From: Akkermansiaceae bacterium
GTDB lineage: Bacteria > Verrucomicrobiota > Verrucomicrobiia > Verrucomicrobiales > Akkermansiaceae
Reading direction: 5' to 3'
Assembly: GCA_031425955.1 (NCBI GenBank)
Contig: JANPKJ010000143.1
Span: forward strand, 14,239 to 78,238
Length of the DNA: 64,000 nucleotides
A model generated the notes under the pieces. The model had not been told where the DNA came from and made no database searches. It saw nothing but the letters and a program-made list of their open reading frames with translations. The position numbers and the translations under genes were made by a program. Below are positions 40,101-49,501 of this stretch, piece after piece (the first letter of the stretch is position 1; each line of letters starts with the position of its first letter).

Positions 40101-42734
40101 ATGAAATTCTACCTGATCCTTCTGCTGGTGTTGCTCGCCGCATCGCTGAAATCCCTCGCCCAGACGCCTGTGGGAGCGTATTTTTCATTCCAGGCCAGTC
40201 CCACGGCGAGTCCAGGCACTTATAGCGCCACGGTCAGCGCCTCGACATTTCCCGGCACGCCCGCCTTTTCTGCGACGGGCAGCGGGCTGGGCACTTTCGA
40301 CAGCATAGTAGGAACTTCGAATTTCACCGCGTTCGATGGCTCCGTGTGGGTGTCGGGCAAAACCGTGAGCTGGAACGGGGCGGTTGGCTCCACCAACAAT
40401 CGCTGGCAGGTGACACTCAACACCACCGATGTGAAACAATTGACCGCACGGTTCAACTACCGGCTCAACAACGTCAAGAGCTCAGGCGCTCTGGTGACCA
40501 GCCTCGCGGCGTTTGAATATCAGATCGGCTCCGGTGCCTTCCAGCCGGTCCCCGGAGCGTCGCTCGCCCTCATGAACAACGGCAGCTCCAGCAATGTCTG
40601 GACGGCGAGCCTCTCCGGGCTGGCCGACGTTGAAAACAAGAGCGTCGTGACCCTGCGCTGGACCTTGCCCGATCTGGACGTGGTCGCAAGCACCGCCGTG
40701 CGGGTGGACAATCTGCAAATCACCGGCATCACTCCCACGCACTATCTGCCAGTCGGTGACTACAACGTGCTCTTCATCGCACTGGACGACCTCAAGGCGA
40801 ATTTCGGCCAGTTCAACACGCCGATGCTTGCCTCCCAAATGCCGGTCCCGGTGACGCCGAATCTGGATTCGCTTGCGGCCACCGGCATGTCTTTCACCCG
40901 CGCATACTGCCAGCAGGCCGTCTGTTGGGCTTCGCGGACGTCCCTGCTCACCGGGGTGCGGCCGGATACGACCAAGATTTGGGACGCCGGTCCGCAGTTC
41001 CGCACCACCATGCCCGGCGTCATCACCCTCCCGCAGCATTTTTCAAATCAGGGCTACAGCTCGGCCCGGCATGGGAAAATCTTCGATCCCCGCAGCACGC
41101 CCACCGGCCAGGACGCGGCCCTTTCCTGGCCGGACGGATCCAGCGACTATGGGGCGCTCACCGGTGATTCACATAACTACTACGAAAGCGGCCATTGGGA
41201 GGCGGAGCAGGCCGCTCCCTCAGGCAGCCGCGGAAGCCTCTTTGCCACGGATGCCGGGGTGACCAACTTCTGGGCGACGCCTGACCGACCGGTGGCCAAC
41301 AACGACTATGTGGACGGCCGCATGGTTTCTGCGGCCATCACAAATCTAAACACCTTCGCGTCTAACTACCTCGGCACCGGGAAACGCTTCTTCATGGGCG
41401 TGGGCTTCAAGTTGCCGCACCTGCCATTCACCAGTCCCAAGACTTACTGGGATCTTTACGATCCCGCCCAGATCGATCTCACCGGCTATACCGGACTAAA
41501 AAACATTCCGACCGGCTCGCTGCCGTTCACCGCCTCCGCCTTCGAGGTCAACGGATATGGGGATATCCCCGGCACCGGTTCCGTGACCTCCGTGGACGAC
41601 GCCCGCCGGCTCATTCACGGCTATCTCGCGGCCACCAGTTTCGTGGATGCCCAATTGGGTCGGTTGTTGACCGCGCTTCAGGCAGCGGGTGTCGCTGACA
41701 ACACCATCGTCGTCCTCTGGGGTGACCACGGCTGGCAATTGGGCGACCACAACGGATTTTGGGCGAAGCACAGTTGTTACGAACAGGCCGTCCGCGCGCC
41801 GCTGATCATCCGTGCACCCGGCATGGTCGCGCTCGGCACCACCGGCAAGAAATGCGAATCGCCGGCCGAGTTTGTGGACATCTACCCCACGCTCGTAGAC
41901 CTCGCCAATTTGCCCCTACCCGCCCAGCCCGCCGGTCTCGAAATGCAGGGCGCCAGCCTGCGCCCCCTGCTGGAGGATCCCGCCCAACCCTGGAAAAAAG
42001 GCGCCTTCAGCCAGCACTCGCGCAACATCAACGGAACCGGCATCGGAAGGCCCGGCAGCGGCATGGGATACTCCATCCGCACCCATCGCTACCGCTACAC
42101 CGAGTGGTGGCGCACGCAGACCACCGTCGACGCAAACGGTGACAGCCTTGACCGCGACGTGAAACTCTTCACCACCCCCGAGTTCCGCGAACTCTATGAC
42201 GAAGAGAAGGATCCCGGAGAAACCGTGAACCTCGCGGCCGATCCCGCTTACGCCAGCCTGGTCGCCGAACTCTCCGCCGCCCTCGCCGGAGGAAACGGCT
42301 GGAACACCGCCGCCGTCGCCCCGCCTGCTAGTTTTCCGACCGCCTTCGCCAATTGGCAGTCCAGCCATGTCGAGCCCGGCTATCCGCTCGCGAACTTCAC
42401 CGACGCACTTGATCCTGATGGCGACGGCATTTCAAACCTGATGGAATACGTCATGGGCAGCCATCCTCTCTACCCCGATCAAGACCTCATGACCTCAGGC
42501 GTCACGAGCGTGAGTGGCGCGCCCTATCTGGCCCTTCAATATCCGCTGATAGGCGTAAGGACCGATGCCACCACGGTTCCTAAAACCTCCACCAACCTAG
42601 CCGCGTGGTCCACCAACGGCGTCATCAATGACAACCTCGGCACCACCGGAAACCGCACCCTTTGGCGCTCGCGAATCCCGGTGGAAAGCACTACCAAACC
42701 CAAGGCTTTCCTTCGATTGGAGACCACCCGTTGA
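40101..42734 (+). CDS. Modular secreted sulfatase with N-terminal beta domain and C-terminal DxDxDG module
   Basis: NVLFIALDDL, QQAVCWASR, GDHGW.LGDH, DPDGDGISNLMEY. Confidence 0.88.
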   Translation: MKFYLILLLVLLAASLKSLAQTPVGAYFSFQASPTASPGTYSATVSASTFPGTPAFSATGSGLGTFDSIVGTSNFTAFDGSVWVSGKTVSWNGAVGSTNNRWQVTLNTTDVKQLTARFNYRLNNVKSSGALVTSLAAFEYQIGSGAFQPVPGASLALMNNGSSSNVWTASLSGLADVENKSVVTLRWTLPDLDVVASTAVRVDNLQITGITPTHYLPVGDYNVLFIALDDLKANFGQFNTPMLASQMPVPVTPNLDSLAATGMSFTRAYCQQAVCWASRTSLLTGVRPDTTKIWDAGPQFRTTMPGVITLPQHFSNQGYSSARHGKIFDPRSTPTGQDAALSWPDGSSDYGALTGDSHNYYESGHWEAEQAAPSGSRGSLFATDAGVTNFWATPDRPVANNDYVDGRMVSAAITNLNTFASNYLGTGKRFFMGVGFKLPHLPFTSPKTYWDLYDPAQIDLTGYTGLKNIPTGSLPFTASAFEVNGYGDIPGTGSVTSVDDARRLIHGYLAATSFVDAQLGRLLTALQAAGVADNTIVVLWGDHGWQLGDHNGFWAKHSCYEQAVRAPLIIRAPGMVALGTTGKKCESPAEFVDIYPTLVDLANLPLPAQPAGLEMQGASLRPLLEDPAQPWKKGAFSQHSRNINGTGIGRPGSGMGYSIRTHRYRYTEWWRTQTTVDANGDSLDRDVKLFTTPEFRELYDEEKDPGETVNLAADPAYASLVAELSAALAGGNGWNTAAVAPPASFPTAFANWQSSHVEPGYPLANFTDALDPDGDGISNLMEYVMGSHPLYPDQDLMTSGVTSVSGAPYLALQYPLIGVRTDATTVPKTSTNLAAWSTNGVINDNLGTTGNRTLWRSRIPVESTTKPKAFLRLETTR

Positions 42735-42843
42735 GACTTGTGGCAAATCCTGGATTCAGAAGAGTGTCATGCTCTGCACTTGATCCAGTCCTAGAACCTC
42801 AGAATTGCATGATTTTAAAACAAACCGAACACCGAACTCAATC

Positions 42844-45084
42844 ATGATACCCAGCTACTTCAATACCATCGTCCCGGCCGCCCTCGCGTTGGTTCTCTCC
42901 AGCAGTACCGCGATGGCCGTGAGCGCCTCGTTCGCCGTGACCGACAGTTGGTCCACCGGCTTCAATGGCGGGATCACCATCACCAATGACACTGCGGTGG
43001 CGGTGACTGGCGGATGGACGCTGGAATTCGATTTTACCGGCACCATCACCAATGTCTGGAACAGCACGCTCAGCAGCCACGTGGGAACGCATTATGTCGT
43101 GCAGAACGTGAGCTACAACACGACCATCCCGGCAGGTGGCACCGTGTTCGTCGGACTCACCGCCAATCCCGCCAACCCCGCGCAGCCGCCGAGCAACTAT
43201 ATCTTCAAAGGGGTGCCACTCGCTGGGGCGCCTCCGCCTGCGATCTCGATCAACGACGTGTCGGTCAATCTAGCCGCCTTGCCCCCGGGTTCGGTCTATC
43301 TCTCCACCAGCGGCAATCAAATCGTGGACGCCGCCGGCAATCCCGTCCGCGTCACCGGCATCAACTGGTTCGGATTCGAAACGGGCAACCGGGTCCTGCA
43401 CGGACTGTGGACACGAGGCTACAAGTCGGCTCTCGATCAGATCAAGGGACTCGGATTCAACACGCTCCGCATCCCGTATTCCAACGCGATGTTGCGGGCG
43501 GGAGCGGCTACGACCAGCATCAACTTCTCGCAGAATCCCGATCTACAGGGACTCACGCCATTGCAATGCCTCGACAAGGTCATCGACTACTGCGGGCAGA
43601 TCGGCCTGCGGGTGTTTCTCGACCGGCATTCGTCAAATGCGGACGGTTACTTGAACGAGGACTTGTGGTACATCAGCGGCGACGCCTACTACACCGAGCA
43701 ACGCTGGATCGACGATTGGGTGATGCTCGCTACCCGCTATGCCGGCAATCCAACCGTCATCGGCGCGGACCTTTTCAACGAACCCAAGCGCACCGCGACC
43801 TGGGGGAATAGCGCCCCGCTAACGAACTGGAACAAAGCCGCCGAACGCTGCGGCAATGCCATCCTAGCAGCGAATCCGAACTGGCTGATCATCGTCGAGG
43901 GAGTGGAGAAATTCAACAATCAGTCCTATTGGTGGGGCGGCAACCTGAAAGGCGTGGCCACATTTCCAGTCACGCTCAATGTCGCTAACAAGCTCGTGTA
44001 TTCCATCCACGACTACCCCGCGAGCGTCTCGGCGCAAACTTGGTTCAGCGCGGGGAATTACCCGCAGAATCTTGGCGGCGTGTGGGATGGCTACTGGGGA
44101 TATGTTTTCAAAAACAACACCGCGCCCGTGTTGGTGGGGGAGTTTGGCAGCAAACTTGCAACCGTTAGCGACCAGCAGTGGATGGACAAGCTCACCGACT
44201 ACATGGACGGTGACTTCGACCTCAACGGCAGCAACGACCTCCCGGCGGGAAAGAAGGGCATCAGTTGGACGATGTGGTGTTTCAATCCGAACAGCTCGGA
44301 CACCGGAGGCATCGTGGGTGACGACTGGACGACCGTGAATCAGATCAAGCTCGGCTACATCCAGGCCAGCATGGCTCCATTGCTGGGCGGCGGCATGGGC
44401 GGGCAGACGGCGACTTTCACCGTCACGCTTTCATCCCCGCCCGCCGGAGCAGTTAGTGTCGCGTGGGCCACGGCGAATGGCACCGCGGTGGCGGGCACGG
44501 ATTTCACCGCCGCCAGCGGCACGCTGAACTTTGCAGCGAGCGAGACTAGCAAGACCATCGTCGTTCCGCTCCTGCCGAATGCCGTGCCTGCTGGCAACAA
44601 GAGCTTCACCGTGGTATTGAGCGGTGCCGTCGCTGCAACTCTTGGCGATGGTACCGGCGTCGGCACACTGGTTGGAGCGCCGCCATGGCAGTCATGGCGT
44701 AATTCGAAATTCACGACAGCGGAACTCGCCGACTCATCCATCACCGGGCCGGCCGCGGATCCGGACCACGACGGCATTTCGAACCTTCTCGAATATGCCC
44801 TTGCCCTCGAACCCAAAACCACCTCGCAAACGGGCCTTCCCGCAAGCGGAACGCTAACAATCAGCGGCAAGACCCACGCCACTCTCAGTTTTACCCGTCC
44901 CCATGCCCTCACTGACATCACCTATCTCGTGGAAGTCTCCACCGACCTGCAAACCTGGAATTCCGGCCCCGGTTACGCGATCCGCACCGATGACGCCAGC
45001 ACGGATCTGGCCACATTTCGCGAGGTGGCCGCCATTGAAGACACTCCGATTCATTTCCTCCGCCTGCACGTCACCCAGCCCTGA
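42844..45084 (+). CDS. Modular GH5 endoglucanase: CBM2 + GH5 (inside a split Calx-beta) + C-terminal DxDxDG module
   Basis: CBM2 (SWSTGF.G.ITITN...WTLEFDF...WNS); GINWFGFET, LRIPYS, DLFNEP, SIHDY, VGEFG, W.FNPNS.DTGG. Confidence 0.93.
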   Translation: MIPSYFNTIVPAALALVLSSSTAMAVSASFAVTDSWSTGFNGGITITNDTAVAVTGGWTLEFDFTGTITNVWNSTLSSHVGTHYVVQNVSYNTTIPAGGTVFVGLTANPANPAQPPSNYIFKGVPLAGAPPPAISINDVSVNLAALPPGSVYLSTSGNQIVDAAGNPVRVTGINWFGFETGNRVLHGLWTRGYKSALDQIKGLGFNTLRIPYSNAMLRAGAATTSINFSQNPDLQGLTPLQCLDKVIDYCGQIGLRVFLDRHSSNADGYLNEDLWYISGDAYYTEQRWIDDWVMLATRYAGNPTVIGADLFNEPKRTATWGNSAPLTNWNKAAERCGNAILAANPNWLIIVEGVEKFNNQSYWWGGNLKGVATFPVTLNVANKLVYSIHDYPASVSAQTWFSAGNYPQNLGGVWDGYWGYVFKNNTAPVLVGEFGSKLATVSDQQWMDKLTDYMDGDFDLNGSNDLPAGKKGISWTMWCFNPNSSDTGGIVGDDWTTVNQIKLGYIQASMAPLLGGGMGGQTATFTVTLSSPPAGAVSVAWATANGTAVAGTDFTAASGTLNFAASETSKTIVVPLLPNAVPAGNKSFTVVLSGAVAATLGDGTGVGTLVGAPPWQSWRNSKFTTAELADSSITGPAADPDHDGISNLLEYALALEPKTTSQTGLPASGTLTISGKTHATLSFTRPHALTDITYLVEVSTDLQTWNSGPGYAIRTDDASTDLATFREVAAIEDTPIHFLRLHVTQP

Positions 45085-45141
45085 CAATTTTACATGAATA
45101 CTTTACCTCATCCCTGTCGTTCACTTGCCAATCACCATTTC

Positions 45142-46527
45142 ATGAAACTTCCAACACTCCTATTTCCGCTTTTTCTTGGCGCTCTCCACGCCGCCGAACC
45201 CGCCAAGCCCAACGTCGTAGTCATGATCGTCGATGATCTGGGCAGCGGCGATGTGAGTTGTTTATTCCGGGATGTCGTGAAGACTCCGAACATCGACCGC
45301 TTGGCGAAAAACGGCGTGAAGTTCACATCCGGTTACGTCACCGCGCCGCTGTGCGGGCCATCGCGCGCCGGCTTCCTGGCTGGTCGCTACAACCAACGCT
45401 TTGGTTTCAATGACAATGGCGGAGGCATACCCACTGACCTTCCCCTGTTGCCGGGTGTCCTGAAGGACAACGGCTACCACACCGGATTGCTCGGGAAATG
45501 GCACAGCAGCGGGCCGATGCCTCACCTGCGCGGTTGTTTCGACGAGACGCTTTGTTCGCCGAAATCCAGTCCATTCATCGATTACTACCAACCGAGGCTG
45601 GCCCGCAACGGTGTGGTCGAGACCTCGAAAGAGTATAGCACCGATCTGTTCGCCCGCGAGGCCGAGGAATTCATCGAGCGGAACAAAGCGAAGCCATTCG
45701 CGCTGACCGTTGCTTTCAATGCCCCGCATATTCTTACCGTGGTCAAAGAGGCGAAGTTGATTCTCGAGGATTACAATTCCGCCACTGCGGCGGGTAAGAT
45801 CATTGATATACCCAAAACTCCCATGGCCCGTCCCGGTGATGCGGCAAAGTATGAGGCACAGTTCCCTGGCGACAAGGCACGCGCCGACACCGTAGCCACG
45901 ATCGTCGCTCTGGATCAGGCGGTCGGCCGCATCCTCGACAAGCTCCAACAGGCGGGAGTGGAGAAAAACACAATGGTGTTCTTCTTCGCGGACAACGGCG
46001 GCCATCCGGAGAACCGCGGAGAGAATCTGCCACTGCGCGACTACAAGTGGACGCTTTACGAAGGTGGCATCCGCGTGCCGTTCTTCGCCAGCTTTCCCGG
46101 TGTGTTTCCGGCGGGACTTGAATACACCAAACCGGTGAGCACGATGGACATTTTCCCCACCGTCGCCGCGCTGGCCGGAGTCAAGCCGCCCGCCGGCCTG
46201 GACGGGGTGAACCTCACGCCGTTCTTGAAGGAAGGGAACACCGCATCGCCGCACGATGCGCTGTTTTTCGCCATCAATCGCTTGGGAGCCGTCCGTCAGG
46301 ACCCGTGGAAACTCGTGATGGAACCCGGAAGCGCACCGCAGTTGTTCGACCTCTCGAAAGACGTGGAGGAAAAGCACGACCTTGCCGCCACCGAGACGGA
46401 GCGAGTGAAGGAGCTGACCGAAAAGTGGAAGGCATGGAAGGCGCAGATGCCCGCAGCCAAGCCCAATGGCAAAGCCAAAGATGCCAAACGCACGATGGAA
46501 CCCGAAGGCGCGGCGGGAACCCCATGA
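45142..46527 (+). CDS. Sulfatase (S1)
   Basis: PNVVVMIVDDLG, CGPSR, GKWH, ADNGG, KWTLYEGGIRVP; start could be 45094. Confidence 0.92.
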   Translation: MKLPTLLFPLFLGALHAAEPAKPNVVVMIVDDLGSGDVSCLFRDVVKTPNIDRLAKNGVKFTSGYVTAPLCGPSRAGFLAGRYNQRFGFNDNGGGIPTDLPLLPGVLKDNGYHTGLLGKWHSSGPMPHLRGCFDETLCSPKSSPFIDYYQPRLARNGVVETSKEYSTDLFAREAEEFIERNKAKPFALTVAFNAPHILTVVKEAKLILEDYNSATAAGKIIDIPKTPMARPGDAAKYEAQFPGDKARADTVATIVALDQAVGRILDKLQQAGVEKNTMVFFFADNGGHPENRGENLPLRDYKWTLYEGGIRVPFFASFPGVFPAGLEYTKPVSTMDIFPTVAALAGVKPPAGLDGVNLTPFLKEGNTASPHDALFFAINRLGAVRQDPWKLVMEPGSAPQLFDLSKDVEEKHDLAATETERVKELTEKWKAWKAQMPAAKPNGKAKDAKRTMEPEGAAGTP

Positions 46528-48551
46528 TCCGCATCCCGAACTCTCAAGAAACTCACCTCATGAGAATTCACTTCAAAAACAAACTCACCTTGATCGTCGC
46601 CGGCGCGTTGTTCGCCAGTCCAAACGCTGCCACCTGCGCAGAACTAACCGCCGACATCACCATCCACGGCGACAAACCCGGCGCCGCCATCAGCCCCACG
46701 CTCTATGGTATTTTCTACGAGGACATCAACTACGCCGCCGATGGCGGTCTGTATGCGGAGTTGGTGCAGAACCGTTCCTTTGAATACCGTCTGCTGGAAC
46801 CCGGAAAGTTTTCCATGCGGAATCCGAAAACTCCCATGCCGCCACTGTTCGCCTGGCTGCCGGTGGAACGGAGTGGTATGACCTGCCAATTGGCCGTTGC
46901 CGCCGAGCGTCCGCTCAATTCACGCAACCCGAACTACGTCACGCTCACCCTGGCTGGTGACGGAGAAGCCGGCATCGCCAACACCGGTTATGATGGTGGC
47001 ATCGCGGTTCAGGCCGGGGCGGTTTATGACTTTTCGTTGTATGCCCGCCGGTCTGCCGGTGAAGCCGCGCCACTAACTGTTTTCCTCGAAACGCCGGAAG
47101 GAACGGTCCTGGCGAAAACCACACTCGCCGCACCCGCCGGCGAGTGGGCCAAGCAGGAAGCTGTCCTAACTGTCACGCGAGCTGAGCCGAAAGCCCGCCT
47201 GGTGGTCACCACCACCAAAGCCGGCGCTGTTGATGTGGACATGGTTTCGCTGTTTCCACGGGACACCTTCAACGGGCGCAAGAACGGCCTGCGCAAGGAT
47301 CTCGCAGAGGCCATCGCCGCTATCCGGCCCAAGACCCTGCGTTTCCCCGGCGGCTGCATCGTGCATGGCAATGGGCTGGCGAACGCCTACCGCTGGAAGG
47401 ATACCATCGGCGACGTCGCCGAGCGTAGACCTAACTGGAACCGCTGGGGCTATCACCAGTCTTATGGTCTCGGGTACTTCGAATACATGTTGTTCGCCGA
47501 GGACATCGGTGCCACGCCGCTGCCCATCCTGCCCGCCGGGGTGAGCTGCGGTTTCAGCAAGCCTTTCGAATTTTCCAAGGATAGCGAACTCTCCGACTGG
47601 ATTCAGGATTGCGTCGATCTGGTGGAGTTCGCCAACGGTTCGGTGGACAGCACTTGGGGAAAAGTCCGCGCTGAAATGGGCCATCCAGCATCGTTCGACC
47701 TCAAGTTTATCGGAATCGGCAACGAGGAGCATGACACTCCGGAGTTCCGCGCCATGTTTCCGAAGTTTGTCGCGGCCATGCGTGAAAAATGTCCTGAAAT
47801 CCACATCGTCGGCACCTCGGGCCTCGGGCCGAAAATCCCGCTCTTCGATCTGATGTCCGCCACCGGTGTCGAAATCTCCGACGAGCACTACTACATGCCG
47901 CCGGAGTGGTTCGTCGCCAACCGCAACCGCTTCGACACGGTTGAGCGCAAGGCCCCCAAGGTCTATGTCGGCGAGTATGCCTCGCAAGGAAACACCTTGT
48001 TCAACGCCGTGGCCGAGGCGGTTTACCTGACCGGCATTGAGCGTAACAGCGATCAAGTGGTGATGACCGCTTACGCACCGCTACTGGCACGCTATGGTTT
48101 CACCCAATGGCAGAAGGCCAACCTCATCATGTTCGACGCCGATCACGTTGTGAAAACCCCGAACTACCATGTGCAGCAACTCTTCAGCAGCAATCTCGGC
48201 GACCACTACCTGACCAATGAAGTGGTCTTCTCCGCCGGAGCTGACGAAAACGGCAAGCCGCCTGTGTTGGCCGTTTCGCCGACCCTGGCAGACGGCGGCA
48301 TGCTGTTCGTGAAACTCGCCAATCCCATGGCGACACCGGTGACGACGCGCTTATCGTTGCAGGGCCTCAAGGGCATCCAGCCCCAAGCCCAACTCACCAC
48401 CCTGTCGGGCGACAAGGCTGCGGCCAATGACCCGAAATCCCCGAACAACATCGCTCCGGTCATCTCAACCTTGCCGGTGGGCAATCAGTTCAACCTGACC
48501 GTGCCGCCCATGTCCGTCCAGATCCTGCGCATCGGAGCAACGCCACCTTGA
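46524..48551 (+). CDS. GH51 alpha-L-arabinofuranosidase
   Basis: YGIFYEDIN.AADGGLYAELVQNRSFE, RFPGGC, IGNEE, DEHYY, YVGEY, YAPL; start 46524 or 46560. Confidence 0.92.
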   Translation: MIRIPNSQETHLMRIHFKNKLTLIVAGALFASPNAATCAELTADITIHGDKPGAAISPTLYGIFYEDINYAADGGLYAELVQNRSFEYRLLEPGKFSMRNPKTPMPPLFAWLPVERSGMTCQLAVAAERPLNSRNPNYVTLTLAGDGEAGIANTGYDGGIAVQAGAVYDFSLYARRSAGEAAPLTVFLETPEGTVLAKTTLAAPAGEWAKQEAVLTVTRAEPKARLVVTTTKAGAVDVDMVSLFPRDTFNGRKNGLRKDLAEAIAAIRPKTLRFPGGCIVHGNGLANAYRWKDTIGDVAERRPNWNRWGYHQSYGLGYFEYMLFAEDIGATPLPILPAGVSCGFSKPFEFSKDSELSDWIQDCVDLVEFANGSVDSTWGKVRAEMGHPASFDLKFIGIGNEEHDTPEFRAMFPKFVAAMREKCPEIHIVGTSGLGPKIPLFDLMSATGVEISDEHYYMPPEWFVANRNRFDTVERKAPKVYVGEYASQGNTLFNAVAEAVYLTGIERNSDQVVMTAYAPLLARYGFTQWQKANLIMFDADHVVKTPNYHVQQLFSSNLGDHYLTNEVVFSAGADENGKPPVLAVSPTLADGGMLFVKLANPMATPVTTRLSLQGLKGIQPQAQLTTLSGDKAAANDPKSPNNIAPVISTLPVGNQFNLTVPPMSVQILRIGATPP

Positions 48552-48574
48552 TCGAATAATGAGCTGTCTTGATT

Positions 48575-49044
48575 GTGGATCTATCAATGACTTCGGGTCG
48601 TGTCAGCCGCGCCACAGATTAAGCAAACGAGGCTCGCGTCCGACGCAGCTCTTACCAAGGGACCTACGTCCGGCAGAACGTCGCCGGATTCCAGCGGTAA
48701 CGCTGGCCGAACCGCAAGGTCGCGAATCTGAACCCCTAGCAGAGCGGGGGTCGGGGGCGTGACTGCGCAGCGTCATCCGGCCTCCGGCGGGGACGCGAAG
48801 GCAACCGGTAGGAACCAGCTCGTCCGGTGACCGTGCCGGGTGGCGTTTCAACAACGGGAGAGTCCGAAGACTCCCGTTTTGAAACATGGCCCTTCGGCCA
48901 GGATTCGTGGTGGAGGCGTAGCCGGAATCCCGAATCCGAGAGAACAGGTGACCGAGCGAGTCCAAGACGCGCAGCCGATTGGCGAGTCGAAGGCGCAGGG
49001 CGCAAGCCCGCCTATCCTGCGCTTAAATAGAGGACCAGATCCAC
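48575..49044 (+). ncRNA. Candidate large structured non-coding element (ncRNA or ssDNA-folding element)
   Basis: No credible ORF; about nine stem-loops with GTAA, GCAA, CTTCGG and GCGNAGC loops; end-to-end inverted repeat GTGGATCT/AGATCCAC. Confidence 0.55.
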
Positions 49045-49063
49045 TCTCGATATTGGCATTTGT

Positions 49064-49486
49064 TCAAATAGTTCTTCGTTCCTCGGAGCCTCCTTTTGGC
49101 CGGAGAAGGCGCTGAGTCTGGGGCGAAAAGGGGCGGAACAAACTCCAGACCGTTGACTGCCTTTCTGTGTTCGGCTTCTGCGGTCTCGCAGTTGTAACAG
49201 TCCCAGAACTCCAAAATATCGCCATTTTTATTTTCCAGCCATGGCAGGATGAAATACCAAAAATTGAACACACGAGAAAGTCTGGGAATTTTCGGGTCTC
49301 GGCCATCCATTTATCTGCCGAGTCGACTTGGTTGATCTCCATGGAGGGGCCGTAAAAACCCCTCGTCATCCGCGGGTCATCATCCGACAAAAATTTCCCG
49401 ACTTTAACGGGATCGGAAGTGGGTTTAGGGGGCTGCCGGATGTGCGCGAAAATGCCTTCTTTTTTCGATCCCTTTGGCTTTTTCAT
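49064..49486 (-). CDS. Hypothetical protein
   Basis: 140-aa ORF directly downstream of the TA remnant; no recognised motif. Confidence 0.4.
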   Translation of the reverse strand: MKKPKGSKKEGIFAHIRQPPKPTSDPVKVGKFLSDDDPRMTRGFYGPSMEINQVDSADKWMAETRKFPDFLVCSIFGISSCHGWKIKMAIFWSSGTVTTARPQKPNTERQSTVWSLFRPFSPQTQRLLRPKGGSEERRTI

Positions 49487-49501
49487 GGTGGGTGAGGAAG
49501 A

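Noticed and set aside
31495-45081. True dockerin/cohesin cellulosome
   Set aside because: The module has one DxDxDG loop, not the duplicated dockerin repeat, and no cohesin scaffoldin is visible
48575-49044. RNase P, tmRNA, group II intron, attC or DGR template identity for the structured element
   Set aside because: No GAGGAAAGTCC core, no tRNA-like CCA end, no domain V motif, too long for attC with no integrase, and no AAC-rich repeat pair or RT in the window
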